From positions 4,055-68,054 of the IMG/VR virus record IMGVR_UViG_3300026505_000002: 64,000 bases of DNA; one strand, 5' to 3'. Below the pieces are notes generated by a model, which was not told the origin of the DNA, did not search any database, and worked only from the letters and a program-made list of their open reading frames with translations. This DNA is from a virus (lineage: Duplodnaviria; Caudoviricetes). Made by a program: the position numbers and the translations under genes. Shown here piece after piece: positions 49,688 to 58,532 of this stretch; within the stretch, counting starts at the first letter, position 1; each line of letters begins with the position of its first letter.

Positions 49688-49726
49688 TTAGCAGCTACCG
49701 CAGTAGCCATTACAATATTCGCACAT
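49688..49726 (-). CDS. 12-aa cysteine-rich micro-ORF MCEYCNGYCGSC
   Basis: ATG TGC GAA TAT TGT AAT GGC TAC TGC GGT AGC TGC TAA; last ORF before the terminator. Confidence 0.5.
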   Translation of the reverse strand: MCEYCNGYCGSC

Positions 49727-49904
49727 CTTTTAGTTTTTTTATTGTTTGACATTTTTCATATTCTTCTTCACCTTCAAAGTATCTTAATAATACTTCTGGA
49801 TCTTCATGATCAACAGGTAAATAAAACATTTTATTTTTAGACAACTCATCATAAGTTGTTTTGCCTATCATTAAATTATAGGCATTTAACCAGGAGCTTC
49901 TCAA
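49710..49904 (-). CDS. small hypothetical protein with UVR-like EEEYEKC motif, TTG start
   Basis: ORF track. Confidence 0.6.
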   Translation of the reverse strand: MRSSWLNAYNLMIGKTTYDELSKNKMFYLPVDHEDPEVLLRYFEGEEEYEKCQTIKKLKDVRIL

Positions 49905-50056
49905 AATCTTATAGTGACTCCGACTGATAGTGTGACAGCACCAACCGCTATTGCTAATTCATTTGGCCCAAACTTTGGTTTTTGCTTATGCCATATCATA
50001 TTAGTGCTAGCCATTGTAATCATGCCTATTCCTCCTATTATCATTAACTTTTTCAT
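49901..50056 (-). CDS. 51-aa membrane peptide MKKLMIIGGIGMITMASTNMIW...
   Basis: hand translation; ATGA overlap with the RNR stop. Confidence 0.6.
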   Translation of the reverse strand: MKKLMIIGGIGMITMASTNMIWHKQKPKFGPNELAIAVGAVTLSVGVTIRF

Positions 50057-51915
50057 ACTATCTCACATGCGCCTCCTGCACAAGCTAATTCACCAGCTAG
50101 ATCAGTTTCATCTTCAACTTCTACTATATCAGTAAGACTAACATCAGTTAAACTTTTCATCATAGTTTCGTATTTAGATTTATCTATATCTTCAAATGGT
50201 GCTTGAGTGTATGTACCACCATCATAAGGTAATACAGATAGCCCGTTGTAATAATCCCTATTTTCCCACATCCAGTCACCTGCTTTATCCCACTCATTTT
50301 CTTTTAAACTAACAGTAGCTGAAACATTGTGAGTATTACTACCACGCTTGTGACCTGGTTTAACCCATTCAGTTGCTACTTTCTTTATACGTTCAAGCAA
50401 ATCAAATGGTGACTCAGTTCTAAGTATAGCATTAGCCGGAGCTTTTTGTGGTATACTAATTACAGCAGTATCATGAGGTCTAAAGTATTCATCTTCAATT
50501 AAATCAGGATGGTTTTCAACTAAGTATTTATACATACTTTCGTTTTTACCAACTCTAACTCTACGGACATAATAATCATTATGCCATGCGTGAATACCAG
50601 ATGAAGTTCCTAGCGCCAGAGATGTTGTCCCAGCAGGCTTCACGGTTGTACATCTAGCTGCGGGTTTAATACCAATTAACTTAGCTAGTTTTTTGTTTTG
50701 GTTTACTACTATATCTGCAGCTTCCTTCATATCCAACTGCAGCACAGCGGCAGAGCCTATTCCTGTCATTGATACACCTATAAGGGCGTCCTTCTCTGTC
50801 GTATCTTTCCATACATCTCTTAAATAATGAAAGTCAGTGTAGCCTGCCTGTAGTGTACCTATAAAAGAAGCTACTTGACATCTCTTGTTAAAATCATTTT
50901 GATCTACTATATCACTAGCGTTTACTTCACATAGGTTGCAAAACTGAAAAGGTCTTAATGCTATTTCACAACAAGGGTTAGTTCCCCAGTCTTTATCATT
51001 ATTAAAATAAATACCTGGTTCACCTGCACCTGAAAGCTCAACACGCTTCCATAGATCCATAAAAAATTGTTTACTTATTTTATGTCTCATTAATACAGCT
51101 GAGTTGTTAGCGCGACCTCGTTGAGGTGCCTCTTCCCACCAGTGACCTGACTTACAACCTATCATAGCTTCGTCGTCTGCAGAAAACAAACTAATTAAAG
51201 CTGCTCTACGTATACCACCCGCTAATACAGCATCAGCTATATGACAAACAATATCGTGAGCTTGTATTGTAGTTAATTTATCTCCGTCTTCTACATCTTG
51301 TAGTATTCCTTGTACTTTTATAACACACTCTTTTAAAGGTTGTGGACCTGGTGCTTTGCCACCAGACGTAACTAATTGTGCGCCCTTTGGTCTTATATCA
51401 GAATAATCAAATATAATCTTAGATGATCTCTTAGAGCCCATATAAGATGTGATTAATATCTTTATTGCGTCAGCCCAGCCTTCAATACTGTCACCAATTA
51501 AATGTCTTCTAGTTCTTTTACTATAAGGTTGGTTAACTGCAGGTAACTTATCAACGTGATGTCGTTGAACAGAGTAACCTACACCAGTACCACCTAGTAA
51601 TAAAAACATTATTTCATGGAAACACTCAGTGCTATCAATAGGTAGATAAGCACAATTATAAACTCTATTAGGCGAGATTTCAATTGGTTTACCTCCGAAC
51701 TGTAGCGAACGCATACTTGGTAAAACTTTCTTTTCATATACTAATTTATAAGCTTCTTCAATAGACTCAGCAAGATCAGGATATTTCTTAATGTGCATGT
51801 TCTTGTTTCTAGTAACTAGTTCTTCCCATGTTTCTCTTCTATTTAATTCTGGTATGTACTTAGCATACTTCATATAAACAGTTATATCACTTAGTATCTT
51901 GTTGCTTATCTCCAT
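50053..51915 (-). CDS. nrdJ: class II (B12-dependent, monomeric RTPR-type) ribonucleotide reductase
   Basis: YNCAYLP, GTNPCCEI, FCNLCE, TTVKPAGTTSL, C-terminal CAGGAC. Confidence 0.9.
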   Translation of the reverse strand: MEISNKILSDITVYMKYAKYIPELNRRETWEELVTRNKNMHIKKYPDLAESIEEAYKLVYEKKVLPSMRSLQFGGKPIEISPNRVYNCAYLPIDSTECFHEIMFLLLGGTGVGYSVQRHHVDKLPAVNQPYSKRTRRHLIGDSIEGWADAIKILITSYMGSKRSSKIIFDYSDIRPKGAQLVTSGGKAPGPQPLKECVIKVQGILQDVEDGDKLTTIQAHDIVCHIADAVLAGGIRRAALISLFSADDEAMIGCKSGHWWEEAPQRGRANNSAVLMRHKISKQFFMDLWKRVELSGAGEPGIYFNNDKDWGTNPCCEIALRPFQFCNLCEVNASDIVDQNDFNKRCQVASFIGTLQAGYTDFHYLRDVWKDTTEKDALIGVSMTGIGSAAVLQLDMKEAADIVVNQNKKLAKLIGIKPAARCTTVKPAGTTSLALGTSSGIHAWHNDYYVRRVRVGKNESMYKYLVENHPDLIEDEYFRPHDTAVISIPQKAPANAILRTESPFDLLERIKKVATEWVKPGHKRGSNTHNVSATVSLKENEWDKAGDWMWENRDYYNGLSVLPYDGGTYTQAPFEDIDKSKYETMMKSLTDVSLTDIVEVEDETDLAGELACAGGACEIV

Positions 51916-52102
51916 CGCTTGTTTCTTTTACTTTGTTTTTAACTTTACCTAAAGCATCTTCATATTCTGACATATGCTTCATTGTTTCTAATGTACCAAA
52001 TGATACTGTTCTTAAGTATTCAACCTCAGTATACAAATGCTGAACTACATTTGTTAGTGATTGAACTTTATTTTTCATTTCTATTAAAGTCTGCTCTTTC
52101 AT
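51887..52102 (-). CDS. hypothetical coiled-coil protein
   Basis: ORF track. Confidence 0.6.
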   Translation of the reverse strand: MKEQTLIEMKNKVQSLTNVVQHLYTEVEYLRTVSFGTLETMKHMSEYEDALGKVKNKVKETSDGDKQQDTK

Positions 52103-52233
52103 CTTCCTTGTCCTATATATTTTTTCTTATAGTTAACACTATTTTTTGAATTAGATGTTTTACTTTTAGAGTGAACACCAGGTCTTTTTCTACGGGTTCT
52201 TTCTCGATACGGTAATAACGTTAGTTTCGCCAT
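52099..52233 (-). CDS. 44-aa highly basic peptide (RPGVHSKSK...KKYIGQGR)
   Basis: hand translation; ATGA overlap with the downstream ORF. Confidence 0.6.
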   Translation of the reverse strand: MAKLTLLPYRERTRRKRPGVHSKSKTSNSKNSVNYKKKYIGQGR

Positions 52234-52384
52234 ATTTTTTTGAATATTTAATTAAGTCTTTATATTTTAAATAACCTTTAGCTTCAATACTCCAGTCTAT
52301 GAACTTCTGTAATTGACGCTCGGCATATTTTCTTCTTGCTAAATCTTTTCTTTCCCAAGAATTAAGCTCACGGTTTCGTCGCAT
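52190..52384 (-). CDS. hypothetical protein
   Basis: ORF track. Confidence 0.5.
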   Translation of the reverse strand: MRRNRELNSWERKDLARRKYAERQLQKFIDWSIEAKGYLKYKDLIKYSKKYGETNVITVSRKNP

Positions 52385-52824
52385 TCCTTTTGATTTTGAG
52401 GTTTATATAACGAATACTGCGGCATTTTATATGCAATATATTTTTTAAATAATTTCCAACGTATTGGGAAAGACTCGTTAGGTCTACCTTTACATTCAAT
52501 GATGAAGTTATCTCCAATAAAATCAGGCGTATAACGTATGCCGCGTATTTTTTTATCGCTTCTATCTTTAAACTCTCCTTTAGAGTTTGCTTGTCTTTCA
52601 TAACATTTATTTTTAAAGTTAAAAGAAGGGACAAGCTCGTAAGTTTGCCCCTCATATTTAGCCTTTATCTTAGCTTTTTTTAAAGCTATGTACATGTATT
52701 TTTCAAGACCTGACTGAAACGTTATGCCGTCGTGTTTGACCTTTTTAGATCTAACAGGACCTTGTTTCTTATACCGGCGAGATCGCATCTTCATTTTCTT
52801 CGCCTGGTAAAGGTGAGTTAACAC
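52339..52824 (-). CDS. PD-(D/E)xK endonuclease, T7 endonuclease I/Holliday resolvase-like
   Basis: FQSGLE, YTPDF, IIECKG. Confidence 0.8.
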   Translation of the reverse strand: MLTHLYQAKKMKMRSRRYKKQGPVRSKKVKHDGITFQSGLEKYMYIALKKAKIKAKYEGQTYELVPSFNFKNKCYERQANSKGEFKDRSDKKIRGIRYTPDFIGDNFIIECKGRPNESFPIRWKLFKKYIAYKMPQYSLYKPQNQKECDETVSLILGKEKI

Positions 52825-53161
52825 CTAGTATATTCTCATCATCCCAGTCTAATTGAGCTGACGAAGCATGTGATGGATGTGGTGGTCTAAAACTAGCTTT
52901 ATTAACTTCTTCAATAGCTTCATTAACAGACTTATCATTAAGCTCTTCTTTAGCAGCTTGAATATAAAGTATAGCATCCATTAACTCTTCTTGGACATCG
53001 TTTAAATATCCAGCTAAATCTTTATGTCCACCTGTTCTTTCATCGTGTAATGTTCTACCATACTTAGCATAGCCAACATCTGATCTTGTAACGAACTTAT
53101 CGCAGACTCTTTCTACAACAGGATCTCTGAATAATATAGTCTTACTTTTCATCTTTAACAA
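52769..53161 (-). CDS. all-alpha NTP pyrophosphatase-like protein
   Basis: RSDVGYAKYG...LNDVQEELMDAILY (EExxD helix motif). Confidence 0.6.
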   Translation of the reverse strand: MLKMKSKTILFRDPVVERVCDKFVTRSDVGYAKYGRTLHDERTGGHKDLAGYLNDVQEELMDAILYIQAAKEELNDKSVNEAIEEVNKASFRPPHPSHASSAQLDWDDENILGVNSPLPGEENEDAISPV

Positions 53162-54002
53162 ATGTTCCGTTAACCATTTTACCAGTACGTTTAGATATTA
53201 CCTTGTATGCTGCATCTATACACTCTTCAATAGTTGTACCGCTTAAATGAGCCATGTTAGTTAATACTACTACCATATCACCTATAGCATCGACTATTTC
53301 AGGCTGATCTTGCTTTAGTATAGCACGACCTAGTTCACCAGCTTCTTCCATTAATTTACAAAACTGAGTCTTCTTATCGCCTTTAGTATATAAACCTCTT
53401 TCACCTGCCCAGTCTCTTATCTTTTGAAACCTTTCGCTATCATCATTATCATATCTCCAATTACCATTTCTATTAGACCTGTTATTTAGAGTATCAAAGT
53501 ACGCTTGATAAGCATCTTTTTCTGCTTGGCCTTTAACTTGGAAATATTTAGCAAATGCTTTATTATATATATAACATCTCTCCATTGTGTATTGAGACGT
53601 TGTTACGTTATTCATTATCCAATCAATAGTGTCCATATTAATTTCAAATGTACCGTGTGTTGTTTCCCACGTTTTACCCATATTATCCATTAGTCTACCT
53701 TTTAATTTAGACTCAGGACAAGGGAACGTAGAAGTCTGCTCTGTCGCGTTTATGTGCATTGTATTAGATTTTATTTTATTAATATATAGATCTTTATATT
53801 TTTGTCTGTCAACCCTATAGCCGTAAGACTGTTGAAGTTCTAACTCGCGGTCAGATATATAATCTATATCTGTACTTTGCTCTAGAACTTCTATTTCGTC
53901 TAAGTCATAACCTTGCTGGTCAACAACTCTAGATATAAGATCACGTGTAACACCTATTTTTTTACCCGGTATATGGTATAAATAATAATTAATTTTATCC
54001 AT
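53142..54002 (-). CDS. fusion: N-terminal GIY-YIG-like domain + C-terminal MazG-like NTP pyrophosphatase
   Basis: YYLYHIPGKKIGVT..R....E; KLMEEAGELGRAIL...DAIGDMVVVL. Confidence 0.65.
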   Translation of the reverse strand: MDKINYYLYHIPGKKIGVTRDLISRVVDQQGYDLDEIEVLEQSTDIDYISDRELELQQSYGYRVDRQKYKDLYINKIKSNTMHINATEQTSTFPCPESKLKGRLMDNMGKTWETTHGTFEINMDTIDWIMNNVTTSQYTMERCYIYNKAFAKYFQVKGQAEKDAYQAYFDTLNNRSNRNGNWRYDNDDSERFQKIRDWAGERGLYTKGDKKTQFCKLMEEAGELGRAILKQDQPEIVDAIGDMVVVLTNMAHLSGTTIEECIDAAYKVISKRTGKMVNGTFVKDEK

Positions 54003-54681
54003 ATGTTCTAGCTCTTGATGTTAGCGGGTTTTGTTCAGGTAATTTATCATTATAAATATGTAGGTTATGCGCAAAATGATAGTATGTACCCATATCGTAT
54101 TCTGTTCTTTCTGATACTAACTCTTGCAGTTTACTGAAACAGTATTGATCATTGCAAAAGCCATACCATAAGTCATTAGATCGCATTACAACACACATAT
54201 TTAATTTTTCTTTCACAACTGTAAATTGCACAGCATAAGTACAAGGCGTATCATATTTATATTTAGATATTTCTTTACCATCATATATAGATATTGACGC
54301 TTGCCTAGTGTCAGGATTATCTTTTAATTGTGCTATAACTTTATCTAGTTGCCAACCTCTTTCCCATTGCCAACCATAATTAGAATTAACATTACCGTTG
54401 CCATCAGACATTCGCTGCCATATCTGAGGTATCTTACCGTATATTTCACCGAGTTTAGCTGTTGATCTATCACCTGATAAATACCATTGCCATTCGGCTT
54501 CGGCATATTCCATGTTGAACTCGCGCTTTTCATTAGCAATCATTCGTTCCCATGGCCTTTCAATAATGAAGCCTTGATTAAACATAGCTTTAGTACCTGC
54601 AAAGTCTATACCTTCATAGGGTATTGTGCCGTAGTAAAAATCAAAGGCTTCGCTAGCATTATTAAATGTTAGTTGTCTCAT
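53995..54681 (-). CDS. dCMP hydroxymethylase/methylase (T4 gp42-like thymidylate synthase superfamily)
   Basis: IWQRMSDGNGNVNSNYGW, NPDTRQA, DTPCT, MRSNDLWYGFCNDQY (Asp at the dCMP-specificity position). Confidence 0.8.
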   Translation of the reverse strand: MRQLTFNNASEAFDFYYGTIPYEGIDFAGTKAMFNQGFIIERPWERMIANEKREFNMEYAEAEWQWYLSGDRSTAKLGEIYGKIPQIWQRMSDGNGNVNSNYGWQWERGWQLDKVIAQLKDNPDTRQASISIYDGKEISKYKYDTPCTYAVQFTVVKEKLNMCVVMRSNDLWYGFCNDQYCFSKLQELVSERTEYDMGTYYHFAHNLHIYNDKLPEQNPLTSRARTYG

Positions 54682-54938
54682 TTAAATAAAACCTTAAATT
54701 GTTTTAAATCATTAGCGCAGCTATCTAAGCTTCTAACCATTTGCATATAGAAGAAAGCATAATCACTATCTAACGTGCCTTCTTCATATTGTTCTTCAAA
54801 CATGTCTTCAAGCATTCTTGATCTAGTTTGAATAAATTCTAATCTCATATCATACTGAGTAGGGTTAACTCTTACATGATCTGATGTGAAAGATAGTAAT
54901 GAAAACATTACTACTAATATTAACGTTGTCTTTTTCAT
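54678..54938 (-). CDS. hypothetical protein with N-terminal signal/TM segment (likely start MKKTT)
   Basis: track start lies within a class I promoter motif. Confidence 0.6.
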   Translation of the reverse strand: MKKTTLILVVMFSLLSFTSDHVRVNPTQYDMRLEFIQTRSRMLEDMFEEQYEEGTLDSDYAFFYMQMVRSLDSCANDLKQFKVLFK

Positions 54939-54943
54939 ATTTA

Positions 54944-54976
54944 TATTATCCATTTGGTTTCGTATTTAAATTGTAA
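54944..54976 (-). promoter_or_regulatory. class I promoter motif, copy 7
   Basis: TTACAATTTAAATACGA-N8-GGATAATA; drives the nucleotide-metabolism cluster. Confidence 0.7.
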
Positions 54977-55209
54977 TAGTGCCGATATAACTCAAATATT
55001 TTAGGATATATCTCTGCTCTATTGTAATCTCCTGGGCTAATCATTTCTTTATTGTTTGCAACGATTCGTATTTTCCAAGATCCAACATCAAAGCCTGGTG
55101 TAGCAGCTATTGCTCCTATTTTAATCCCATGATTAACACACCATCTATATGCTTCTTTATCTTCTTTAGTCCATTTAACTTCGTCAAACGTAAACTTCTT
55201 TAGTCCCAA
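54946..55209 (-). CDS. hypothetical protein
   Basis: ORF track; C-terminus reads through the promoter motif (YNLNTKPNG*). Confidence 0.6.
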   Translation of the reverse strand: MGLKKFTFDEVKWTKEDKEAYRWCVNHGIKIGAIAATPGFDVGSWKIRIVANNKEMISPGDYNRAEIYPKIFELYRHYYNLNTKPNG

Positions 55210-56909
55210 GGCATTTTCTCATCTAAGTCAGGCATCTCGTGTGGGACAAAGCAGCCAGACTTTGGTTCCCAAGTAAAATGGGCTTCAGCTCCGTTCTCAC
55301 CTAAGTTTTGAAACTTACATTTCAATACCTTAACTTTTGTTGTTTTATTTTCGTAGTCTCTATGGACTAACAAGCCGTGGTAACTAGCATCATACCATTC
55401 ACCACCACCTTTTATATTATACATTGTTGGCTCTTCGATCTTACCGTCTTGTGTTTTATACATTTTAGTTGGATGTGCAACTATAAATACTAACACATCA
55501 TACTTTTTAGCAAACGTTTCGATCTTAGTTAGATACTCCATTGTGTAACGATTAATGTCCTCTGTCTTACAATCAATGTCTCTAACCTTATTAAATGGAT
55601 CTATAACTAGACATTTAATACCTTTACGTTTAACTAGCTCAGCACCTTTACGTAACACAGACTCTAAAGTATAACGCTCCATATCAATAAAGAAAAAGTT
55701 ATCATTAACATGGTTAGCTACTTGATTCCATTTGTCTCCACCAATATGGCCTTTGTTAGGCATATCACCCCATACTTTACGCATAAGCTTGTGTGCGTGT
55801 AAGAACGTAGGAGCATTTTCAGGAGATGCAAAAGCTGTCTTCCATTTATACTCTCTATTATAACCTACAACCATTTGATCTACAAAGTCTGACTTACCTG
55901 AACTAGGTATACCTGTTACAGTTATGAACTGTTTAGTATACGTAGAAAAGATGTTATCAAAATTAGGTAAACCAATTTGAAAGCCACGTTTAAAACCATT
56001 ACGAACAAAGTCTGTAACTTCATCTTCAATGTCTTTAAATGTTGTAACGTTTTCCAATGGCACAGGTCTTGCATCTAACACCTTAGACTTAAGCTCTGAC
56101 GCATTATATTTAATTAGATATTCATTTGCATCTTTACAGTCATCAAATGATGCTAGATAACAAACCTCAGCACCAAGACGTCTTACAAGCTCTGACTGCA
56201 AGGCTAAGCCTGGTGGATCATTATCTACTGCAATGATTATCTTTTCTTTGTCTGTAAAGTAATCAATACAATTATCTAAGTAATCTAAGTTATTACTGTT
56301 TAATGTAGCACCGTTTGGAACTGATATAGCATTTGTAATACCTGCTTCATGTAAAGCTAATACATCCATTTCGCCTTCAACTATAATACATGTATCATGT
56401 CCTACAGTATTATCTATATTGTAAAATACTTTTTCTGCTCCTTTATATAGCTTAAAGTTTTTACGTCCATCTCTATATTTAACATTAGTTAAGTTACCAC
56501 CTAAATAATAATTAAATTGAATAGTATTCTCGGGTTTACCGGTCTGTGGCATAAACTCTTTACCTTCACCTACACCAACCTCATTTAAGGTTTGTTTAGA
56601 TATACCTCTTTCTTTAAACCAGTCTACAATTTTAGATTCAACTGGTTTGTGTTTTACTTCAGGCATCACATACTTACGCTCGGCTTTGCCTTTACGTTTA
56701 AATGTATGTAGTTGAAAAGTTTTATCACAGTTATGGCAAGTACCGATACCACGACCCCAGTCATAAGAAGAGCATTTAGCTTTCTTATTTTCAGGTTTCC
56801 TAGAAGACGAACACAGGGGACAAATCCCCTGCGTTTTACCTACTTCTAAGCCGTGCTGATTAAAAGTTTCAATTAAGAAACCATTTATTTCTTTATCTTC
56901 GACTTGCAT
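55200..56909 (-). CDS. primase-helicase (Zn-binding + TOPRIM + DnaB/T7 gp4-like)
   Basis: CPLC..CHNC, IVEGEMD, DNDPPG, DANEYL, TGIPSSGKSDF, LVIDP, VAHP. Confidence 0.9.
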   Translation of the reverse strand: MQVEDKEINGFLIETFNQHGLEVGKTQGICPLCSSSRKPENKKAKCSSYDWGRGIGTCHNCDKTFQLHTFKRKGKAERKYVMPEVKHKPVESKIVDWFKERGISKQTLNEVGVGEGKEFMPQTGKPENTIQFNYYLGGNLTNVKYRDGRKNFKLYKGAEKVFYNIDNTVGHDTCIIVEGEMDVLALHEAGITNAISVPNGATLNSNNLDYLDNCIDYFTDKEKIIIAVDNDPPGLALQSELVRRLGAEVCYLASFDDCKDANEYLIKYNASELKSKVLDARPVPLENVTTFKDIEDEVTDFVRNGFKRGFQIGLPNFDNIFSTYTKQFITVTGIPSSGKSDFVDQMVVGYNREYKWKTAFASPENAPTFLHAHKLMRKVWGDMPNKGHIGGDKWNQVANHVNDNFFFIDMERYTLESVLRKGAELVKRKGIKCLVIDPFNKVRDIDCKTEDINRYTMEYLTKIETFAKKYDVLVFIVAHPTKMYKTQDGKIEEPTMYNIKGGGEWYDASYHGLLVHRDYENKTTKVKVLKCKFQNLGENGAEAHFTWEPKSGCFVPHEMPDLDEKMPWD

Positions 56910-56922
56910 TTATTTAATTTAA

Positions 56923-57240
56923 TTAAAATGGTAGATCTGGATCAGCAGCTACCGCTTGTGGTTTATTGTTTTGTGGTTGGGGTTGGTTATCTCTTGGAGC
57001 AGGCTCTGGAAACGTTCCATTAGTCCATACTACTTTACAATTGCCTAAGTAAGTTTTAGCTGTCTTAGCTTCTCTTTCCTCTTTGCTTTGATCAATTATA
57101 ACTGGACCTTGATTTCCAAACTGGTCTGGCTCGTCATTTACCGTAATCGTAATAGGTAGGTATTTACCTTTCTTGCCTTCGATTATTTTTGATTTATCAA
57201 TTGAACTTAAATTGATACTTGCTTTTATTATTCCTGCCAT
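56923..57240 (-). CDS. probable single-stranded DNA-binding protein
   Basis: acidic DPDLPF C-terminus; position in the Erf-exo-SSB-primase cluster. Confidence 0.65.
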   Translation of the reverse strand: MAGIIKASINLSSIDKSKIIEGKKGKYLPITITVNDEPDQFGNQGPVIIDQSKEEREAKTAKTYLGNCKVVWTNGTFPEPAPRDNQPQPQNNKPQAVAADPDLPF

Positions 57241-57241
57241 A

Positions 57242-57976
57242 TTATAGGGTTTTATTTATAAAATAATTGTGAGGGTCAAATCCCTCTGTTTTGTAGAACA
57301 AATCATATATTTCTGACGCTTTTTCAACTTTATTAAATCCAGATGATAAAAATTCATCTGAGCAATCAAAAATACCTATTTGCCCTGTATTCTTATCTAT
57401 AGCTATAAATATCATATCATAGCCAAACAAGTTCTTATATACAAAAGCTTGTGAATCATAGTTGTATTTTTTAGCTGACCAATGAAACTTTTCTAAGTCT
57501 GCAGTTGTCTTTAAATCAATAACTAACTTTTCACTGTGGTTGACAATATCAGCTTTACCTTTCCACCAGTTACCTGCTAATTGACAGACACCAGGAACTT
57601 CAAACTCATTACCTTCAGCGTGTATAAAATCACGACAAACTTTATTGTTCATCATTTTTTCAACTAACGCTTCAACTTTGTCAACCTCATGTTGTAATAA
57701 ACAAACTTCACCGCCTGTTATCTCTTTGTAAGCCTTAGTATTACGTGAGCTAGCTTCTACTATCTTGAAATTTTTAATTTTATCTGGCTCAAGAATAGCA
57801 GTGTGAAAATAGCCTCCTATAAGAAAGTGAGGAAACTGTTCAGACGGCTTTTTAAATTCTAATGGGTTCGTCATTAATGTTCTTATATCTGAATTAGATA
57901 TAAATTTCCTACCAAACTCACCATAGTAATGTTCGTCGTCTTTTAGCTTCTCTAGTACTTCTTTTTTGTCTTTCAT
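57242..57976 (-). CDS. RecE/exonuclease VIII-like PD-(D/E)xK nuclease
   Basis: ISNSDIR, GGYFHTAILEP, WKGKADIV, IDLKTT, YDSQAFVY. Confidence 0.8.
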   Translation of the reverse strand: MKDKKEVLEKLKDDEHYYGEFGRKFISNSDIRTLMTNPLEFKKPSEQFPHFLIGGYFHTAILEPDKIKNFKIVEASSRNTKAYKEITGGEVCLLQHEVDKVEALVEKMMNNKVCRDFIHAEGNEFEVPGVCQLAGNWWKGKADIVNHSEKLVIDLKTTADLEKFHWSAKKYNYDSQAFVYKNLFGYDMIFIAIDKNTGQIGIFDCSDEFLSSGFNKVEKASEIYDLFYKTEGFDPHNYFINKTL

Positions 57977-58530
57977 AACGTTGCTAATTCCTGCTCTTGT
58001 TCTTTTGTTAATTTATATTTAGATTTTATTGCATCTAATTTACCGCCGCTTTTAACATATTCTTTAGCTTTAATTAATTGAGCTGTTGATATGGCTGCTT
58101 GAGTAATTGTTTGTTTTTTACCGTGTGTATTTGTAGCATCTGCATCTTGAGTATCATCAATCAAGAACAGATTACCTAGTGCATACTTCTTACCATAAGA
58201 ACTTGCTGCACCATATCTTTGTGGCATTTGCATACCTTTCTGATCTAAGTCGACACCTACGATAGCTACAGCTGCAACTGACTTTGTATTGTCTGTACCT
58301 TTCTCAAGTATGCCATCAGTTAGTATTGCACTAACTTGCATAACAGGAGGATTGAAAGAAATTAATTCTTCTTTAATCCTAACTGATACATCTAGCTCCT
58401 TTAAAAAGGGTTTTGTAGCTTCGAGAATGTCTTCGGCAGATCGGAAATAATACTTGCCGAAAGAGTTATATCTACTTTTCTTCGATTTGAACTCTTGTTG
58501 AATTTTGGATAATTTTTGGTATATTGTCAT
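57973..58530 (-). CDS. Erf-family single-strand annealing protein
   Basis: KYYFRSAEDIL, GAASSYGKKYALGNLFLIDDTQDAD. Confidence 0.85.
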   Translation of the reverse strand: MTIYQKLSKIQQEFKSKKSRYNSFGKYYFRSAEDILEATKPFLKELDVSVRIKEELISFNPPVMQVSAILTDGILEKGTDNTKSVAAVAIVGVDLDQKGMQMPQRYGAASSYGKKYALGNLFLIDDTQDADATNTHGKKQTITQAAISTAQLIKAKEYVKSGGKLDAIKSKYKLTKEQEQELATL

Positions 58531-58532
58531 AC

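Noticed and set aside
53995-54681. Ordinary thymidylate synthase ThyA
   Set aside because: It has MRSND..GF.ND with Asp rather than the QRSxD..G.PFN Asn signature, and matches T4 gp42-type segments
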